From an uncultured delta proteobacterium (GTDB lineage Bacteria; Myxococcota_A; Polyangia; Polyangiales; Houyiibacteriaceae), in assembly GCA_963699755.1 (NCBI GenBank), contig CAVOVB010000002.1, positions 768,001 to 832,000 on the forward strand: a DNA stretch of 64,000 nucleotides. Direction: 5' to 3'. Below the pieces are notes generated by a model. The model searched no databases and was not told the origin of the DNA. It worked only from the letters and a program-made list of their open reading frames with translations. Below, in pieces: positions 1 through 13,451 of this stretch (its first letter is position 1; each line of letters starts with the position of its first letter). A program made the position numbers and the translations under genes.

Positions 1-2
1 GA

Positions 3-968
3 AGCGAGCCAGCCCCCGTCCTGCCCCTTCATCGAAAGAAGAACGGCGCCGAGAGCGACCGGCAGGCGGAGCCAAGGGAAGCCGAGGCGCGCGGAGGTTC
101 GGTGCGGGCATCAGAGCCGGAGCGCTCGACGGCCGCAAGCCTTCCCAACATGCCGATTCCGCCGGGCCCGCCGATTCTCGCGTCCGATCTGCTCCGTGAA
201 CAAATGCGGCCGTCGAGCCCCGGTGAAAAGGCACTGCGCGGCGCGACAATCGTCCTCAGCGCACTTGGTGCGCTCGGCGTCCTGCTCTTCGGTGGCATAC
301 ATCCGTTGACATTCGTCGCCCTGGCGCTGCTGATCATGACTGCAACCTTGGCGCTCGCACCGATGTCGTATCGGGCCCGTGCGATCGCGATCTTCTTGAC
401 CGGTTTGGTCACGACCGGAGTTGCTCTATGGCAACAGGCGCTCCAGGGCATCGCGCCAGAGGGCATGATTTTGGCCTGCGCGACGATCCTGCTCAGTGGG
501 AGCCTGCTGTTTCGGGCATACTATCGGGGCGCGCGATTGGCGCGTGTGGCGGTGACTCTTGGTGTCCTGACCCTAGGCGCTTGGTTTCTGGTCTCGAGGG
601 GCCATGAGAGCCTCGTGATGCTCGACGGCCATTGGCAGTCCTGGGCGCCTGCAATCACACACATGAGCTTCGGTCTGCTCGCCCTGCTCTCCCTCATGGC
701 CTTCATGGACAACAGCACCCGTGGCGGCTCCCATGTCTGGGCCGTGGCGGTGCTGGCGCTCTATGCCGTTCACATAGGTCTTTTGGTTGCGAGCGCGCGA
801 TGGCCGCTCAACCACGCGGCGGTGAGCATTCAGGGACCCACCGTGGCCACTATCATCGCCGGCATGGTCGGCACCATCCTTGCGGGCTTGGCTCTCGCGC
901 AGGTCCTGGTCGCGATCTACCAAGCGACCTCGACCCGGACCCGATCGCGCGTCTCGTTCACGACTTGA
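3..968 (+). CDS. Multi-pass membrane protein of unknown function (5' partial)
   Basis: Frame is open from the window edge. A Pro/charged linker precedes roughly 8 hydrophobic segments. Confidence 0.75.
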   Translation, partial: SEPAPVLPLHRKKNGAESDRQAEPREAEARGGSVRASEPERSTAASLPNMPIPPGPPILASDLLREQMRPSSPGEKALRGATIVLSALGALGVLLFGGIHPLTFVALALLIMTATLALAPMSYRARAIAIFLTGLVTTGVALWQQALQGIAPEGMILACATILLSGSLLFRAYYRGARLARVAVTLGVLTLGAWFLVSRGHESLVMLDGHWQSWAPAITHMSFGLLALLSLMAFMDNSTRGGSHVWAVAVLALYAVHIGLLVASARWPLNHAAVSIQGPTVATIIAGMVGTILAGLALAQVLVAIYQATSTRTRSRVSFTT

Positions 969-970
969 GC

Positions 971-2011
971 TCAGGGCACTTTGCGGGGCCAGGAAGCCAG
1001 GAGGATGACCGCACAGGTGCGGCCCTTCGCGTCCTCCGCCTTGCCGAAGCCGCCGTCGGTGAATCGAGGGTCGGTTACCGTCATTCGATGACTAGGGCTG
1101 TCTTCGATCGCATGGAGCGCTTCCCGCATCGTCGGCGCCCGCGCCACCGCTTCGCCGACGACGCGCGCCTCGATGCCTCGCTTGAGGAGACGAGCTTCGG
1201 GGTCGCCGTTGGGGTCTAGCTCGTGACCGAATTTGCCCGAATCGCAAATCGTCTGCGCATGGCTCGTCGCCTCCTTGGTCAGTAGCCGGTTGGAGCGTAC
1301 CGAATGAGCGCCTGAAGCCCGTCGCAGCTGCATCAGCCAGGCCTCAGGGGACTGAGAGCCGCCTTGTGTCGCTGGGCCTTCCGGAATCTTGCCAACCCAG
1401 CGCTCCGCGACCGGTCGCGGACCGCTCGGCCCATCGGCAACGAGCTGTACGAAGAGCGGACGCCCCCACTCGAGCGGAACCGTGATGGTCGACCCGTACG
1501 GTCCGCCGTCGACGGCGATACGTCGCGAAGAACCTGTGGCATCGCGGACGACGAGGTACGGATCCCTGAACTCCTCGATGACCTCGGCATGAAGCTGGTT
1601 TCGACCCGAGACCGTGAGCGAGCCAGCACGAACGGCTGCGACGAAAACGATACGCTCTCCGGAGCGGGCGCGTCCGCAGATGAGAGGCGCATCGGAATTC
1701 TCGTTCAGATCTTCGAGCCAGACTTTGAAGCTGTCGAACTCTCCGGTGACGCCAAACTTCGCATACACAGGGTTCGCGTCGACTCCGGCCTCACGAGCGG
1801 TCTTGACTAGCTCGGACGAGGGCGGGATCTGTTGCAGGGCCGCCAGCTGAGCAGCAACCTCCTCGAGCTTCGCGTCCTTGATGCACAAGCGGTCGGGTTT
1901 CGCTTCGGTAGTGGGCTCGGGCTCCGCGGGAGCGTCGTTTTTCTTGTCGGCGCCGGCGGTCGCGTGGAGGGCGAGCAGCGTGGCACAAAGGAGAGTGATT
2001 TTGCGCAGCAT
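971..2011 (-). CDS. Secreted CAP (SCP-like) domain protein
   Basis: Signal peptide MLRKITLLCATLLALHATAGA. C-terminal CAP-like motifs HAQTI..FGHE, VGEAVA and SPSHR. Confidence 0.7.
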   Translation of the reverse strand: MLRKITLLCATLLALHATAGADKKNDAPAEPEPTTEAKPDRLCIKDAKLEEVAAQLAALQQIPPSSELVKTAREAGVDANPVYAKFGVTGEFDSFKVWLEDLNENSDAPLICGRARSGERIVFVAAVRAGSLTVSGRNQLHAEVIEEFRDPYLVVRDATGSSRRIAVDGGPYGSTITVPLEWGRPLFVQLVADGPSGPRPVAERWVGKIPEGPATQGGSQSPEAWLMQLRRASGAHSVRSNRLLTKEATSHAQTICDSGKFGHELDPNGDPEARLLKRGIEARVVGEAVARAPTMREALHAIEDSPSHRMTVTDPRFTDGGFGKAEDAKGRTCAVILLASWPRKVP

Positions 2012-2020
2012 CGTTTTCAG

Positions 2021-3211
2021 TCACGTCCGGTAGTCGGCGTTGATCCGAACGTACTCGTGACCGAGGTCGCAGGTCCAGTAATGACCCAGGCCGCGCCCAG
2101 ACCCAACCTCGACCGAGATCTCGTACTCTGCGCGCTTCATCGTCGCAGCGGCTTTCGCTTCGGTTTTTGCGGTCATCACCGGCGTACCATGCTCGAAAAT
2201 CGAGACTTCCCCGATCTGCACCGACACATGATCAGGATTGAAACGTGCACCGGCACGGCCCGCGGCCGCCAGAATGCGGCCCCAGTTCGGGTCGCAGCCA
2301 TAGAGCGCCGTCTTGACCAGCTGGGAGCCGGCAATGGTCCGGGCGATCTGCACCGCATCCGAGTCCGTTCGGGCACCGCGAACGACGATCCGTACCAGGT
2401 GCTCGGCGCCCTCCCCGTCCGCGACGATCTTGGTGGCGAGCGATTCGAGCAGCTCGGTGAGTGCGCTGAGGAAGCGACGACCTGCCGCGCTGTGCTCTTC
2501 GATCGTTCGAGTGCTGGCCGCGCCTGACGCAAGCGCATAGATGGAATCGTTGGTACTGGTGTCGCCATCGACGGTTGCGCGGTTGAAGCTGAGCTCGGTC
2601 GCGTGGCGCAAAAACCTCGAGAGCGTCGGCCCATGGAGCGGGGCGTCGGTGGTTACGAAGGCGAGGGTCGTAGCCATGTTTGGATGGATCATCCCTGCGC
2701 CTTTGGCGATGCCGAGAAGACGGCAGGTCGTTCGGCCCACTCTCAGCTCGGCTCTTGCAACCTTTGGACCGCGATCGGTGGTCAAAATCGCCCGGGCAAA
2801 TCGTGATGCACCTGCCGCCGAAAGGTCGTCGACGAGATCGGGGATCGCCGCTTCGATGTTCTCGCGCGGCAGCTGTACGCCGATGACGCCCGTCGAGGCC
2901 GGCACCACGAGGGAGCTTCGAACACGAAGCGACCGGGCGACCGTGCGGGTCACGGCCAGGGCTGCGTTCTGCCCCTGCTTGCCCGTGCATGCGTTGGCGT
3001 TGCCGCTGTTGACGAGGACCGCTTGGCAACGCCCGCTCCTGAGTCGACGCTCACTGATCTGGACCGGAGCAGCGCGCACCCGGTTCCTCGTGAACACCCC
3101 CGAGGCGACCGCAGGCGCATCTGCGCAGATCAAGCCCAGATCCAGGCGATCGCCTCCCTTGATTCCGCCGTGTACACCAGCGAAGCGAAACCCCTTCACC
3201 CGTCCGCTCAT
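2021..3211 (-). CDS. argJ: Bifunctional ornithine acetyltransferase / N-acetylglutamate synthase ArgJ
   Basis: Motifs NSGNANACTG, KGAGMIHPNMAT, VDGDTSTND, DGEGA, DPNWGRI and a C-terminal YVRINADYRT. Confidence 0.97.
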   Translation of the reverse strand: MSGRVKGFRFAGVHGGIKGGDRLDLGLICADAPAVASGVFTRNRVRAAPVQISERRLRSGRCQAVLVNSGNANACTGKQGQNAALAVTRTVARSLRVRSSLVVPASTGVIGVQLPRENIEAAIPDLVDDLSAAGASRFARAILTTDRGPKVARAELRVGRTTCRLLGIAKGAGMIHPNMATTLAFVTTDAPLHGPTLSRFLRHATELSFNRATVDGDTSTNDSIYALASGAASTRTIEEHSAAGRRFLSALTELLESLATKIVADGEGAEHLVRIVVRGARTDSDAVQIARTIAGSQLVKTALYGCDPNWGRILAAAGRAGARFNPDHVSVQIGEVSIFEHGTPVMTAKTEAKAAATMKRAEYEISVEVGSGRGLGHYWTCDLGHEYVRINADYRT

Positions 3212-3235
3212 GGCGTGCCTCTTACCAGAAGGTGC

Positions 3236-6430
<3,195 letters not shown>

Positions 6431-6436
6431 GGCTGC

Positions 6437-6465
6437 AATCTAGGTCGGCCTGGGGAGCGGCGCAA
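6437..6465 (-). promoter_or_regulatory. Sigma70-type promoter of secA, probably leaderless
   Basis: Minus strand reads TTGCGC-N17-TAGATT-N6-GTG(start), with no Shine-Dalgarno. Confidence 0.55.
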
Positions 6466-6472
6466 ACGACAG

Positions 6473-7969
6473 TCAAGACCAACGCTTCGAGAGCGCGACG
6501 ACCGCCATCAGCACGAAGACGAGAAGCACGAAGGCCCAGAGGCCCCGGCCCGAGGAAGGAGTCTGCGAGGAGGGTGAGCGCCCATCACCGAACGCGTCGA
6601 GAAGCTGCCGGGCGCGGGCCTGCGCGACGAGCTCGACTCGCAGCAAGACCATGCTGACGATCAAACCGATCAAGAAGATGACCACGGCGGCCTGCCAGCG
6701 CCGGAGCTCCTGCTCGAGCTCGAAGGCCTCGTCGACACCAACCCGTGTGCTCATCCCGGGTCCGATCGCGACCACGTCGAAGCTCGGAACGGCGAACAAG
6801 GCTCGAAGGGCGTTCTCGACGGCTGCTTCGGGAAGGGTGTCCTCGAGGATCGACAGCGCGAGTGGATCGAGCCCTCGTTGATCTGCGTCCGAGAGGACGA
6901 AAGCCGCTGCTGCGCGCACCCGGTCGGGGCCGCTCTCACCTTGGACGACGTACGCGACGCCGGCGGTATTGTCCGAGAAGAGATCGGCTCGAACCTGAAG
7001 ACGCCAAACCCCCGGCCCCGGGGCGGGAAGGTGCGGGTCATCGGGGCTGAGCGAGAACGCTTGCACCCATCGACGTCCCTGAAAGACGTCAACCAAGACG
7101 GGGCTCCGCTCGCCGAGCTGCTCCCAGTCGACTCGGATTCGCTCTGCTTCGAAGGATGCCCGGGCGACGATGCCCGCTGGGACCAAGGGTAGCCGCAGTT
7201 CTCGGGCGGCGAGGAGGGTGCCGTCCGCGCTGAGCGCTTCGACCTCGACACGGCCCTCGGCGCCTGTCACCACGATCGGAAAGCGCGCGAATCCACTCGA
7301 CGGCGTCACGAGCCCCTGCTCGAGGTGGACAGCATCGAGAGATCGCAGACGCACGCGGACATCTTCATCGCCGACCCAGACCGAGACCCAGCAGCGAAGA
7401 TCGGGTACGCAGGCACCCTCTTCGACGCGCGGGTCGAGGAGAGGAACCGCTTGCCTCGAATTGGAGACGCGGATGGGTCCGAGCTCGTAAACCTGAAACG
7501 CGGTGACCGAACGTCCGGCCGGCAGGCGGGATTCGATCGCTTCACGAACGTAGAGCGTCCGCTCCACGGAGACTTCTCGCCCGTCGATCTCAGCGTGCGC
7601 CACGAGGTGAAGCGCTTCGTCCAGCTCCTCGGGAATCGCCAGTTGGCCCTCCCTTCCGTGCACCTGTGACTCTACGAGCTCCGTGCTGGCGAGCGTGATC
7701 CCTGCTGTATTGCGTAGCTCGACGACGACGGGAGGAGCGCCGACGACCGTGAAACCTTCGTCATCATCTTTGAGCTCCCACGCGCGAAGTCCGATGGTCG
7801 TGCCGGGTCGCGCGACGAGCGGTGCGCTGAAGCGAAGATCGGGAACCACGGACGGGGCACCGGAGATCCAGAGAGCCGCGAGAATGAACGCGACAAGCAA
7901 GGGCGACAGTCGAATCGCCCAAGCAAATCGGCCAATATGCCGGTCCTCGGTCCTGATGGGGATGGACAA
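6473..7969 (-). CDS. Membrane-anchored hypothetical protein with large beta-rich extracytoplasmic region
   Basis: 498-aa ORF with an N-terminal TM/signal segment and two C-terminal TM segments. No family recognised. Confidence 0.7.
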   Translation of the reverse strand: MSIPIRTEDRHIGRFAWAIRLSPLLVAFILAALWISGAPSVVPDLRFSAPLVARPGTTIGLRAWELKDDDEGFTVVGAPPVVVELRNTAGITLASTELVESQVHGREGQLAIPEELDEALHLVAHAEIDGREVSVERTLYVREAIESRLPAGRSVTAFQVYELGPIRVSNSRQAVPLLDPRVEEGACVPDLRCWVSVWVGDEDVRVRLRSLDAVHLEQGLVTPSSGFARFPIVVTGAEGRVEVEALSADGTLLAARELRLPLVPAGIVARASFEAERIRVDWEQLGERSPVLVDVFQGRRWVQAFSLSPDDPHLPAPGPGVWRLQVRADLFSDNTAGVAYVVQGESGPDRVRAAAAFVLSDADQRGLDPLALSILEDTLPEAAVENALRALFAVPSFDVVAIGPGMSTRVGVDEAFELEQELRRWQAAVVIFLIGLIVSMVLLRVELVAQARARQLLDAFGDGRSPSSQTPSSGRGLWAFVLLVFVLMAVVALSKRWS

Positions 7970-8012
7970 GATCGGGATGTTACCTTAGGTACGCCTGAGG
8001 GATAGAGCGCCA

Positions 8013-8471
8013 ATGGCAGCGACCGCTGAACACGACGTCGAGCAGCTCCGTGCTCGCTTGAACGAGTACATGAATAGGCACGGCCTGCGTTCGACGGAGC
8101 AGCGGCGCCTGGTGACCGAGATGTTCTTCGCCAGCTCGGACCACCTTTCGATCGAAGACCTGCTCGAGAAGGTCCGCCTGGAGGAGCCCAAGATCGGTTA
8201 CGCGACGGTGTATCGCACACTCAAGCTCCTCAAGGACTGCGGGCTCGCCTTCGAGCGCCACTTCGGCGACGGGGTCTCCCGCTATGAAGTTGCCTGGGCC
8301 AACGAGCATCACGACCACATGATCTGCGTCGAGTGCGAGCGGATCGTCGAGTTCGAGGACGAGGCCATCGAAAGCCTGCAGCACAAGGTAGCCGCAAGGC
8401 TCGGCTTCAAGCTCGTTCGTCACAAGCTCGAGCTTTACGGGGTTTGCGCCGACTGCCAGGCCAAGACCTAG
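8013..8471 (+). CDS. fur: Fur-family transcriptional regulator
   Basis: GLRSTEQRR, ATVYRTLKLL, EHHDHMICVEC and C-terminal CADC. Confidence 0.95.
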   Translation: MAATAEHDVEQLRARLNEYMNRHGLRSTEQRRLVTEMFFASSDHLSIEDLLEKVRLEEPKIGYATVYRTLKLLKDCGLAFERHFGDGVSRYEVAWANEHHDHMICVECERIVEFEDEAIESLQHKVAARLGFKLVRHKLELYGVCADCQAKT

Positions 8472-8507
8472 GTCGGCCAGGCCTGGCAGCGGCTTTGGCA
8501 CAGTGAC

Positions 8508-10349
8508 TTAGATGGCCGCGAACGCCTCGTCGGGGATCTCGACCGGGAGCGTATCGATGGCGCTGAGGCGCTGCACGCGGCTCGGCAAGGTGGTGAGCAC
8601 GTTGTTCGCGAAATACTGCGCGACGAACTTCTTGCCCGTGTAGAACGCGTGATCCGGGTGGCTCTCGGAGGTTACGGGAAGCTTTTTCAAAGCAATGGAG
8701 GCCTGCTCGAGGAGCAACCAGCCGACCGCGAGCTCGCTCATGATGTTGAGGAATTCCTCGGCGGCGAGCGGAATGTGCTCGAGCTTGCCGCCCTTGAACC
8801 AGCCGATGAACTGCGTCACCGAAGCGGCAACCGCTTCGTGCGCGCTCTGGAGGTGGCGGAGGCCGTCCTCGAGCTCCGGCGTGTCTTTGTTTTCCATGAT
8901 GAACTTCTGGATATCCATCAGAAACGCCTGTGTATTCGCGCCACCGGCCTGGCCGAGCTTGCGGCTGACCAAGTCCATCGACTGGATGAAGTTCGTGCCT
9001 TCGTAGATTTGAAAGATCTTCGAGTCGCGGCAGTACTGCTCGACCGGATGATCCTTGAGAAAGCCGTGGCCACCGTAGACCTGAATCGCGCGGCTCGAAA
9101 CGTCGAACGCTGCATCGGTGCCGTAGGCCTTCACGAGCGGCGTCAGAAGATCGACCTGGCCCTTGTGGTAGGCCTCGGATTGGTCGTCCTTGCCTTGGGT
9201 CGCTCGCAGACGGTCGCCATGGTTCGAGAGCTTCATGACCAGGGCGCGGACGCCTTCGACGCGAGCCTTCATCGCCAGGAGATCGCGGCGGATGTTCGGA
9301 TGGTCGAGGATCGGCACGCGCGGCGCGTTGGCGTCTTTAAACTGCTTGATGCTGGCGCCCTGCTTGCGCTCACGCGCGTACTCGAGCGCGCTCAGATAGG
9401 CCGCGGAAGCCACGCCGAGACCTTGGATGCCGACACCGATGCGCGCCGAGTTCATCATGTGGAACATCTGCCGAATGCCCTGGTGCTCGACACCGCCAAC
9501 GACCTCGCCGATGCAATCGTCCTCGTCGCCGAACTGCATCACGCATGTCGCCGAGGCGTTGATGCCCATCTTGTGCTCGATCGAGGGGACCTGGACGTCG
9601 TTGTGCTCACCGAGCGAACCATCTTCATTGATGCGCACGCGGGGCACGATGAACAGCGAGAGACCCTTGGTTCCTGGCTCAGCGCCTTCGATGCGCGCGA
9701 GGACCAGGTGGATCACGTTCTCGCCGAGGTCGTTGTCGCCAGCGCTGATGAAGATCTTGGTGCCGCGGATCTTGTAGGTGCCGTCGTCGTTGCGTGTAGC
9801 GACGCTCGAGGCGGAACCCACGTCGGAGCCAGCGTGCGGCTCGGTCAGACACATCGTGCCCGTCCATTGGCCGCTGAACATCTTGGGAACGAACTTCCTC
9901 TTCTGCTCTTCGGTGCCGAACTCCAAGATCAGCTCGGCAGCCGAAAAGGTGAGGCCCGCATACATCGTGAACGCGGTGTTGGCCCCGCAGAACATTTCCT
10001 CGACGAAGGAGCTCAGCATCGATGGCGCATCCTGGCCGCCCCAGCGAGAAGGCGCGCCGATGGTTCGCCAGCCGGCCTCCCAGACTTTGTCCCAGGCTTC
10101 CTTGAAGCCGTCGGGCGTCTTGACGCGGCCGTCCTCGATTCGGCAGCCCTGCGCATCTCCGCTGCTGTTGAGCGGACCGGTCACGTCGCAGACGAATCGG
10201 TACACTTCGTCGAGGACCATGTCGCACTCCTCGACGCCCCATTGCGCGAAGGGTTCCTTCCCCAGAACGGATTGCAGATCGAACTGCTCGAAAAACAGAA
10301 AACGAAAGTCTCGTAGATCCGCACGATAGCGATTGATTGCTTGCGCCAC
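8508..10349 (-). CDS. Acyl-CoA dehydrogenase (large FadE5/DmdC-like family)
   Basis: GTMCLTEPHAGSDVG, GTKIFISAG, EHKMGI, QVYGGHG and IYEGTN. Start placed at GTG 10349 behind a GGAGG RBS. Confidence 0.92.
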   Translation of the reverse strand: MAQAINRYRADLRDFRFLFFEQFDLQSVLGKEPFAQWGVEECDMVLDEVYRFVCDVTGPLNSSGDAQGCRIEDGRVKTPDGFKEAWDKVWEAGWRTIGAPSRWGGQDAPSMLSSFVEEMFCGANTAFTMYAGLTFSAAELILEFGTEEQKRKFVPKMFSGQWTGTMCLTEPHAGSDVGSASSVATRNDDGTYKIRGTKIFISAGDNDLGENVIHLVLARIEGAEPGTKGLSLFIVPRVRINEDGSLGEHNDVQVPSIEHKMGINASATCVMQFGDEDDCIGEVVGGVEHQGIRQMFHMMNSARIGVGIQGLGVASAAYLSALEYARERKQGASIKQFKDANAPRVPILDHPNIRRDLLAMKARVEGVRALVMKLSNHGDRLRATQGKDDQSEAYHKGQVDLLTPLVKAYGTDAAFDVSSRAIQVYGGHGFLKDHPVEQYCRDSKIFQIYEGTNFIQSMDLVSRKLGQAGGANTQAFLMDIQKFIMENKDTPELEDGLRHLQSAHEAVAASVTQFIGWFKGGKLEHIPLAAEEFLNIMSELAVGWLLLEQASIALKKLPVTSESHPDHAFYTGKKFVAQYFANNVLTTLPSRVQRLSAIDTLPVEIPDEAFAAI

Positions 10350-10475
10350 GTCTGCCTCCAATGTTCTGGGCGGTCACCCTCGGACTTGTGCGCGTGATTA
10401 CTCGCTTAGGCCCTGATGGATGCCGGCTGTAAGAAAGCTGAGGTCAGCTCGCGTTTAGGTCAAGCGCTGATAAGC

Positions 10476-11453
10476 CTATTGGCTGGTAAGATCCCTCACG
10501 AACTCGCCGATTCGGTCGATCGCGCGGCGTCCCTCTTCGAGCATCGGGGCGAAGACGTGCCAGGCGTGGATCATGTCGGGCCAGACTTCGAGCTTGACCT
10601 CGACGCCAGCGGAACGAGCGGCCTCAGCGACGCGAAGGTTGTCATCTAGCAGGGTTTCTGCGGCTCCGACCTGAATCAGCAGGGTTGGGAGCCCGGTCAT
10701 GTCGGCGTGAACCGGCGACACCAGAGGGTCGCTATGCTGGTCGACCGGAGCGAATCGCTTGGCCATCGAACGGATGCCGATCCGAGTCACGAAGTCGTAG
10801 TGACGGTTGAATTGCATGGACGTGCTGCGCGTATCCAGGTCGAACCAGCCCGAAATCAGGACCCCTCCAGCGGGTAAGGGCAACCCTGCCTCACGCAGCG
10901 AGACCAAGGTCGAGAGGGTCAGCCCTGCCCCTGCCGACTCGCCGCCCATGATGATCTGGTCTGGATGAATCCCCTGTTCCTCGATCAGCCAGAGATAGAC
11001 GCGGTGAGAGTCCTCGAGCTGCGCGGGAAACGGATGCTCCGGAGCGAGTCGGTAGTCGGCGGCCAAGACCCGCATCCCGCTTGCGATGCAGAGCCGAGCA
11101 AGGAAGTCACGGTGAGAGTTGATCGAGCCGGTGGAATAGCCGCCGCCGTGAAAGTAGAGAATCACCCGGTTGGGATCGCTCTGCGGCTGCGAAAACCACT
11201 CGGCAGACACCCCGCCCGCGTCGATCGGCTGCATCTTCACTTCGCGCATGGGCTTGGTGATCGGCCGTGGCGGATCGATCACGCGACGCTGGATCTGAAG
11301 TGGCAGAACGGTCGAGAGATTGGCCGAGCGCCGGAGCACCTCGGCCACCGTTTCGAGCTCGAGCGTCCAAGTCGGCCGGCGCGGTCCGAAGACGGCACGA
11401 CGGGCTCGAATCACGGGCTTGAGGCCATCGATCATGACGCGAATCAGATTCAC
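10476..11453 (-). CDS. Alpha/beta hydrolase, hormone-sensitive-lipase-like esterase
   Basis: HGGGY oxyanion motif, YRLAPEHPFPA, GESAG nucleophile and WPDMIHAWH. Confidence 0.92.
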   Translation of the reverse strand: MNLIRVMIDGLKPVIRARRAVFGPRRPTWTLELETVAEVLRRSANLSTVLPLQIQRRVIDPPRPITKPMREVKMQPIDAGGVSAEWFSQPQSDPNRVILYFHGGGYSTGSINSHRDFLARLCIASGMRVLAADYRLAPEHPFPAQLEDSHRVYLWLIEEQGIHPDQIIMGGESAGAGLTLSTLVSLREAGLPLPAGGVLISGWFDLDTRSTSMQFNRHYDFVTRIGIRSMAKRFAPVDQHSDPLVSPVHADMTGLPTLLIQVGAAETLLDDNLRVAEAARSAGVEVKLEVWPDMIHAWHVFAPMLEEGRRAIDRIGEFVRDLTSQ

Positions 11454-11496
11454 GGTGGGCTAGGATAGCATGAGACCCATCACCGAATGACGACGC

Positions 11497-11547
11497 ACCG
11501 GCTCGCGACGGGCGTGCTCGCGATTGGGCACCCCGTCGCGAGCCGGT
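11497..11547. repeat. Long intergenic inverted repeat (16-bp perfect arms plus inner stem)
   Basis: ACCGGCTCGCGACGGG (11497-11512) pairs with CCCGTCGCGAGCCGGT (11532-11547). Inner GTGCTC/GGGCAC extends the stem. Confidence 0.85.
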
Positions 11548-11634
11548 ATCCGATCGGAAGCTTGACAGTGACGGCATGAGGGTCTTGCCGTATCCCGGTG
11601 GCGCCGACGCTGTGTACCTCGTAAGTCTCCAGCC

Positions 11635-13395
11635 ATGCTGCTCGCGCGCTACTTGGAATCCCTCGGCTCACAAGCCATCGAAGAGGCCCTGAGGCTCGGT
11701 GGGTCGAGGCCTGCGTTGGTTCGGCCGACGCAGGATCCGAAGTTCGGCGATTTTCAGATCAACGGCGCGATGCCGCTCGCCAAAGAGCTGAAAAGGCCGC
11801 CGCGCGAGCTCGCACAGAAAATCGCCGAGGCCCTGGCGGGTATTGACGCGATCGACAAAGCGGAAGTCGCGGGGCCTGGCTTCGTCAACATTCACCTCGC
11901 GCCTGCGTGGATCGCTTCGAAGCTCACCGACGGGCTTCGTGATGCTGCGCGTGACGGGGTGCCAGCGGTCCAAGAACCCTCCAAGATCGTCGTCGATTTT
12001 TCGGGCCCGAACATCGCGAAGCAAATGCATGTGGGGCACCTGCGCTCGACGATCATTGGTGACGCGATTTCTCGGATCTTGTCGTTCATTGGGCACGAGG
12101 TCATTCGGGACAATCACCTCGGCGACTGGGGAACGCAGTTTGGGCTCTTGATCGTCGGAATGCGTGAATGGGGCGAAGAAAGCTCGCTGCAATCGGACCC
12201 GATCAAGGAGCTCGAGCGCGTGTATAAGCTCGCATCCGAGCGTGCCGGCCAGGACGAAAGCTTCGCGGAGCGAGCGAGGGAGGAGCTCGTGAAGCTCCAA
12301 AGCGGCGACGAAGAGAACCGTAGGCTCTGGCAGCACTTCGTGGAAGTGAGCCGAGGATCTCTCGATGCGGTGTACGCGGAGCTCGACGTTTCTTTCGACC
12401 AGTGGCTCGGCGAGAGCACGTACCACGATGCGCTCCCCGGCGTGGTCGATAGCCTTCTCGAGCGGGGAATTGCACGAGAAGACGACGGGGCGGTCTGCAT
12501 CTTCTGGGACGAGATCGACAGCGCACCGAAGTCGCTACGTAAGCAGAAAACCCCGTTCATCGTAAGAAAGAAGGACGGCGCGTTTCTCTACTCGACCACC
12601 GACATCGCCACGGTTCAGTACCGGGAGAAGCATCTGCAGGCTGACCGCACGCTCTACGTAGTCGACAACCGGCAGGCGCTCCACTTCCAGCAACTTTTTG
12701 CCGTGATGAAGCTCCTCGACTCGGAGATGGAGCTGGAGCACGTCGGCTTCGGTACGGTGCTCGGAAACGACGGAAAGCCGTTGCGAACAAGGGACGCGAG
12801 TGGTCAGGTAATCACGCTGGCATCGCTCCTCGATGAGTCGAAAGAACGGGCGCGCGCACGAATCGAGGAAGGGATCGCCGAGGGTCGCTTGCGGGTTCGA
12901 CCCGAGGAAATCGACGAGGTGTCGCGGGTCGTGGGCATTGGTGCGGTGAAATATGCCGACCTCAGGCAGAACCGGCTCAGTGACTATCAGTTTGACTGGG
13001 ACAAGATGATCTCGTTCCAGGGTAACGCGGGCCCATACCTCCAATATGCCTATGCGCGCTGTTCATCGATCTTCGCGAAGGGCGAGCTCGACATCGACAC
13101 CGTTGCGAGTGGCGCGACGATCCTGCTCGACACACTGAGCGAGCAAACCCTAGGTAAGCAGTTGCTGCGCTTTGCAGACGTGGTCTATCAGGCAGGTGCG
13201 ACCAGCCAGCCCCATCTGATTTGCGAACACGTCTACGAGCTAGCGCGGGCGTTCAACGGTTTCTACGCCGAGTGTCCGGTGCTCGACGCCGAGGGCGCGA
13301 CCCGCGAAAGCCGGCTCGGGCTGACGGCATCGACCGCCCGACAGATCCGCCGAGGGCTCGGGCTGGTGGGCATCGGCGTCATCGACCGCATGTAG
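11635..13395 (+). CDS. argS: Arginine--tRNA ligase
   Basis: GDFQIN, AGPGFVN, DFSGPNIAKQMHVGHLRSTIIGD, GDWGTQFG, GNAGPYLQYAYAR and C-terminal DRM. Confidence 0.98.
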   Translation: MLLARYLESLGSQAIEEALRLGGSRPALVRPTQDPKFGDFQINGAMPLAKELKRPPRELAQKIAEALAGIDAIDKAEVAGPGFVNIHLAPAWIASKLTDGLRDAARDGVPAVQEPSKIVVDFSGPNIAKQMHVGHLRSTIIGDAISRILSFIGHEVIRDNHLGDWGTQFGLLIVGMREWGEESSLQSDPIKELERVYKLASERAGQDESFAERAREELVKLQSGDEENRRLWQHFVEVSRGSLDAVYAELDVSFDQWLGESTYHDALPGVVDSLLERGIAREDDGAVCIFWDEIDSAPKSLRKQKTPFIVRKKDGAFLYSTTDIATVQYREKHLQADRTLYVVDNRQALHFQQLFAVMKLLDSEMELEHVGFGTVLGNDGKPLRTRDASGQVITLASLLDESKERARARIEEGIAEGRLRVRPEEIDEVSRVVGIGAVKYADLRQNRLSDYQFDWDKMISFQGNAGPYLQYAYARCSSIFAKGELDIDTVASGATILLDTLSEQTLGKQLLRFADVVYQAGATSQPHLICEHVYELARAFNGFYAECPVLDAEGATRESRLGLTASTARQIRRGLGLVGIGVIDRM

Positions 13396-13451
13396 TGAAA
13401 TCACCGTATTTCCCGCCGCGCGAGCGCGAATGTGCTATGCGAAGCCCGCCA

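Noticed and set aside
11595..11612. GGTGGCGCCG upstream of argS as a T-box riboswitch
   Set aside because: It deviates from UGGNACC, and I could not identify Stem I motifs, a specifier loop or a terminator.
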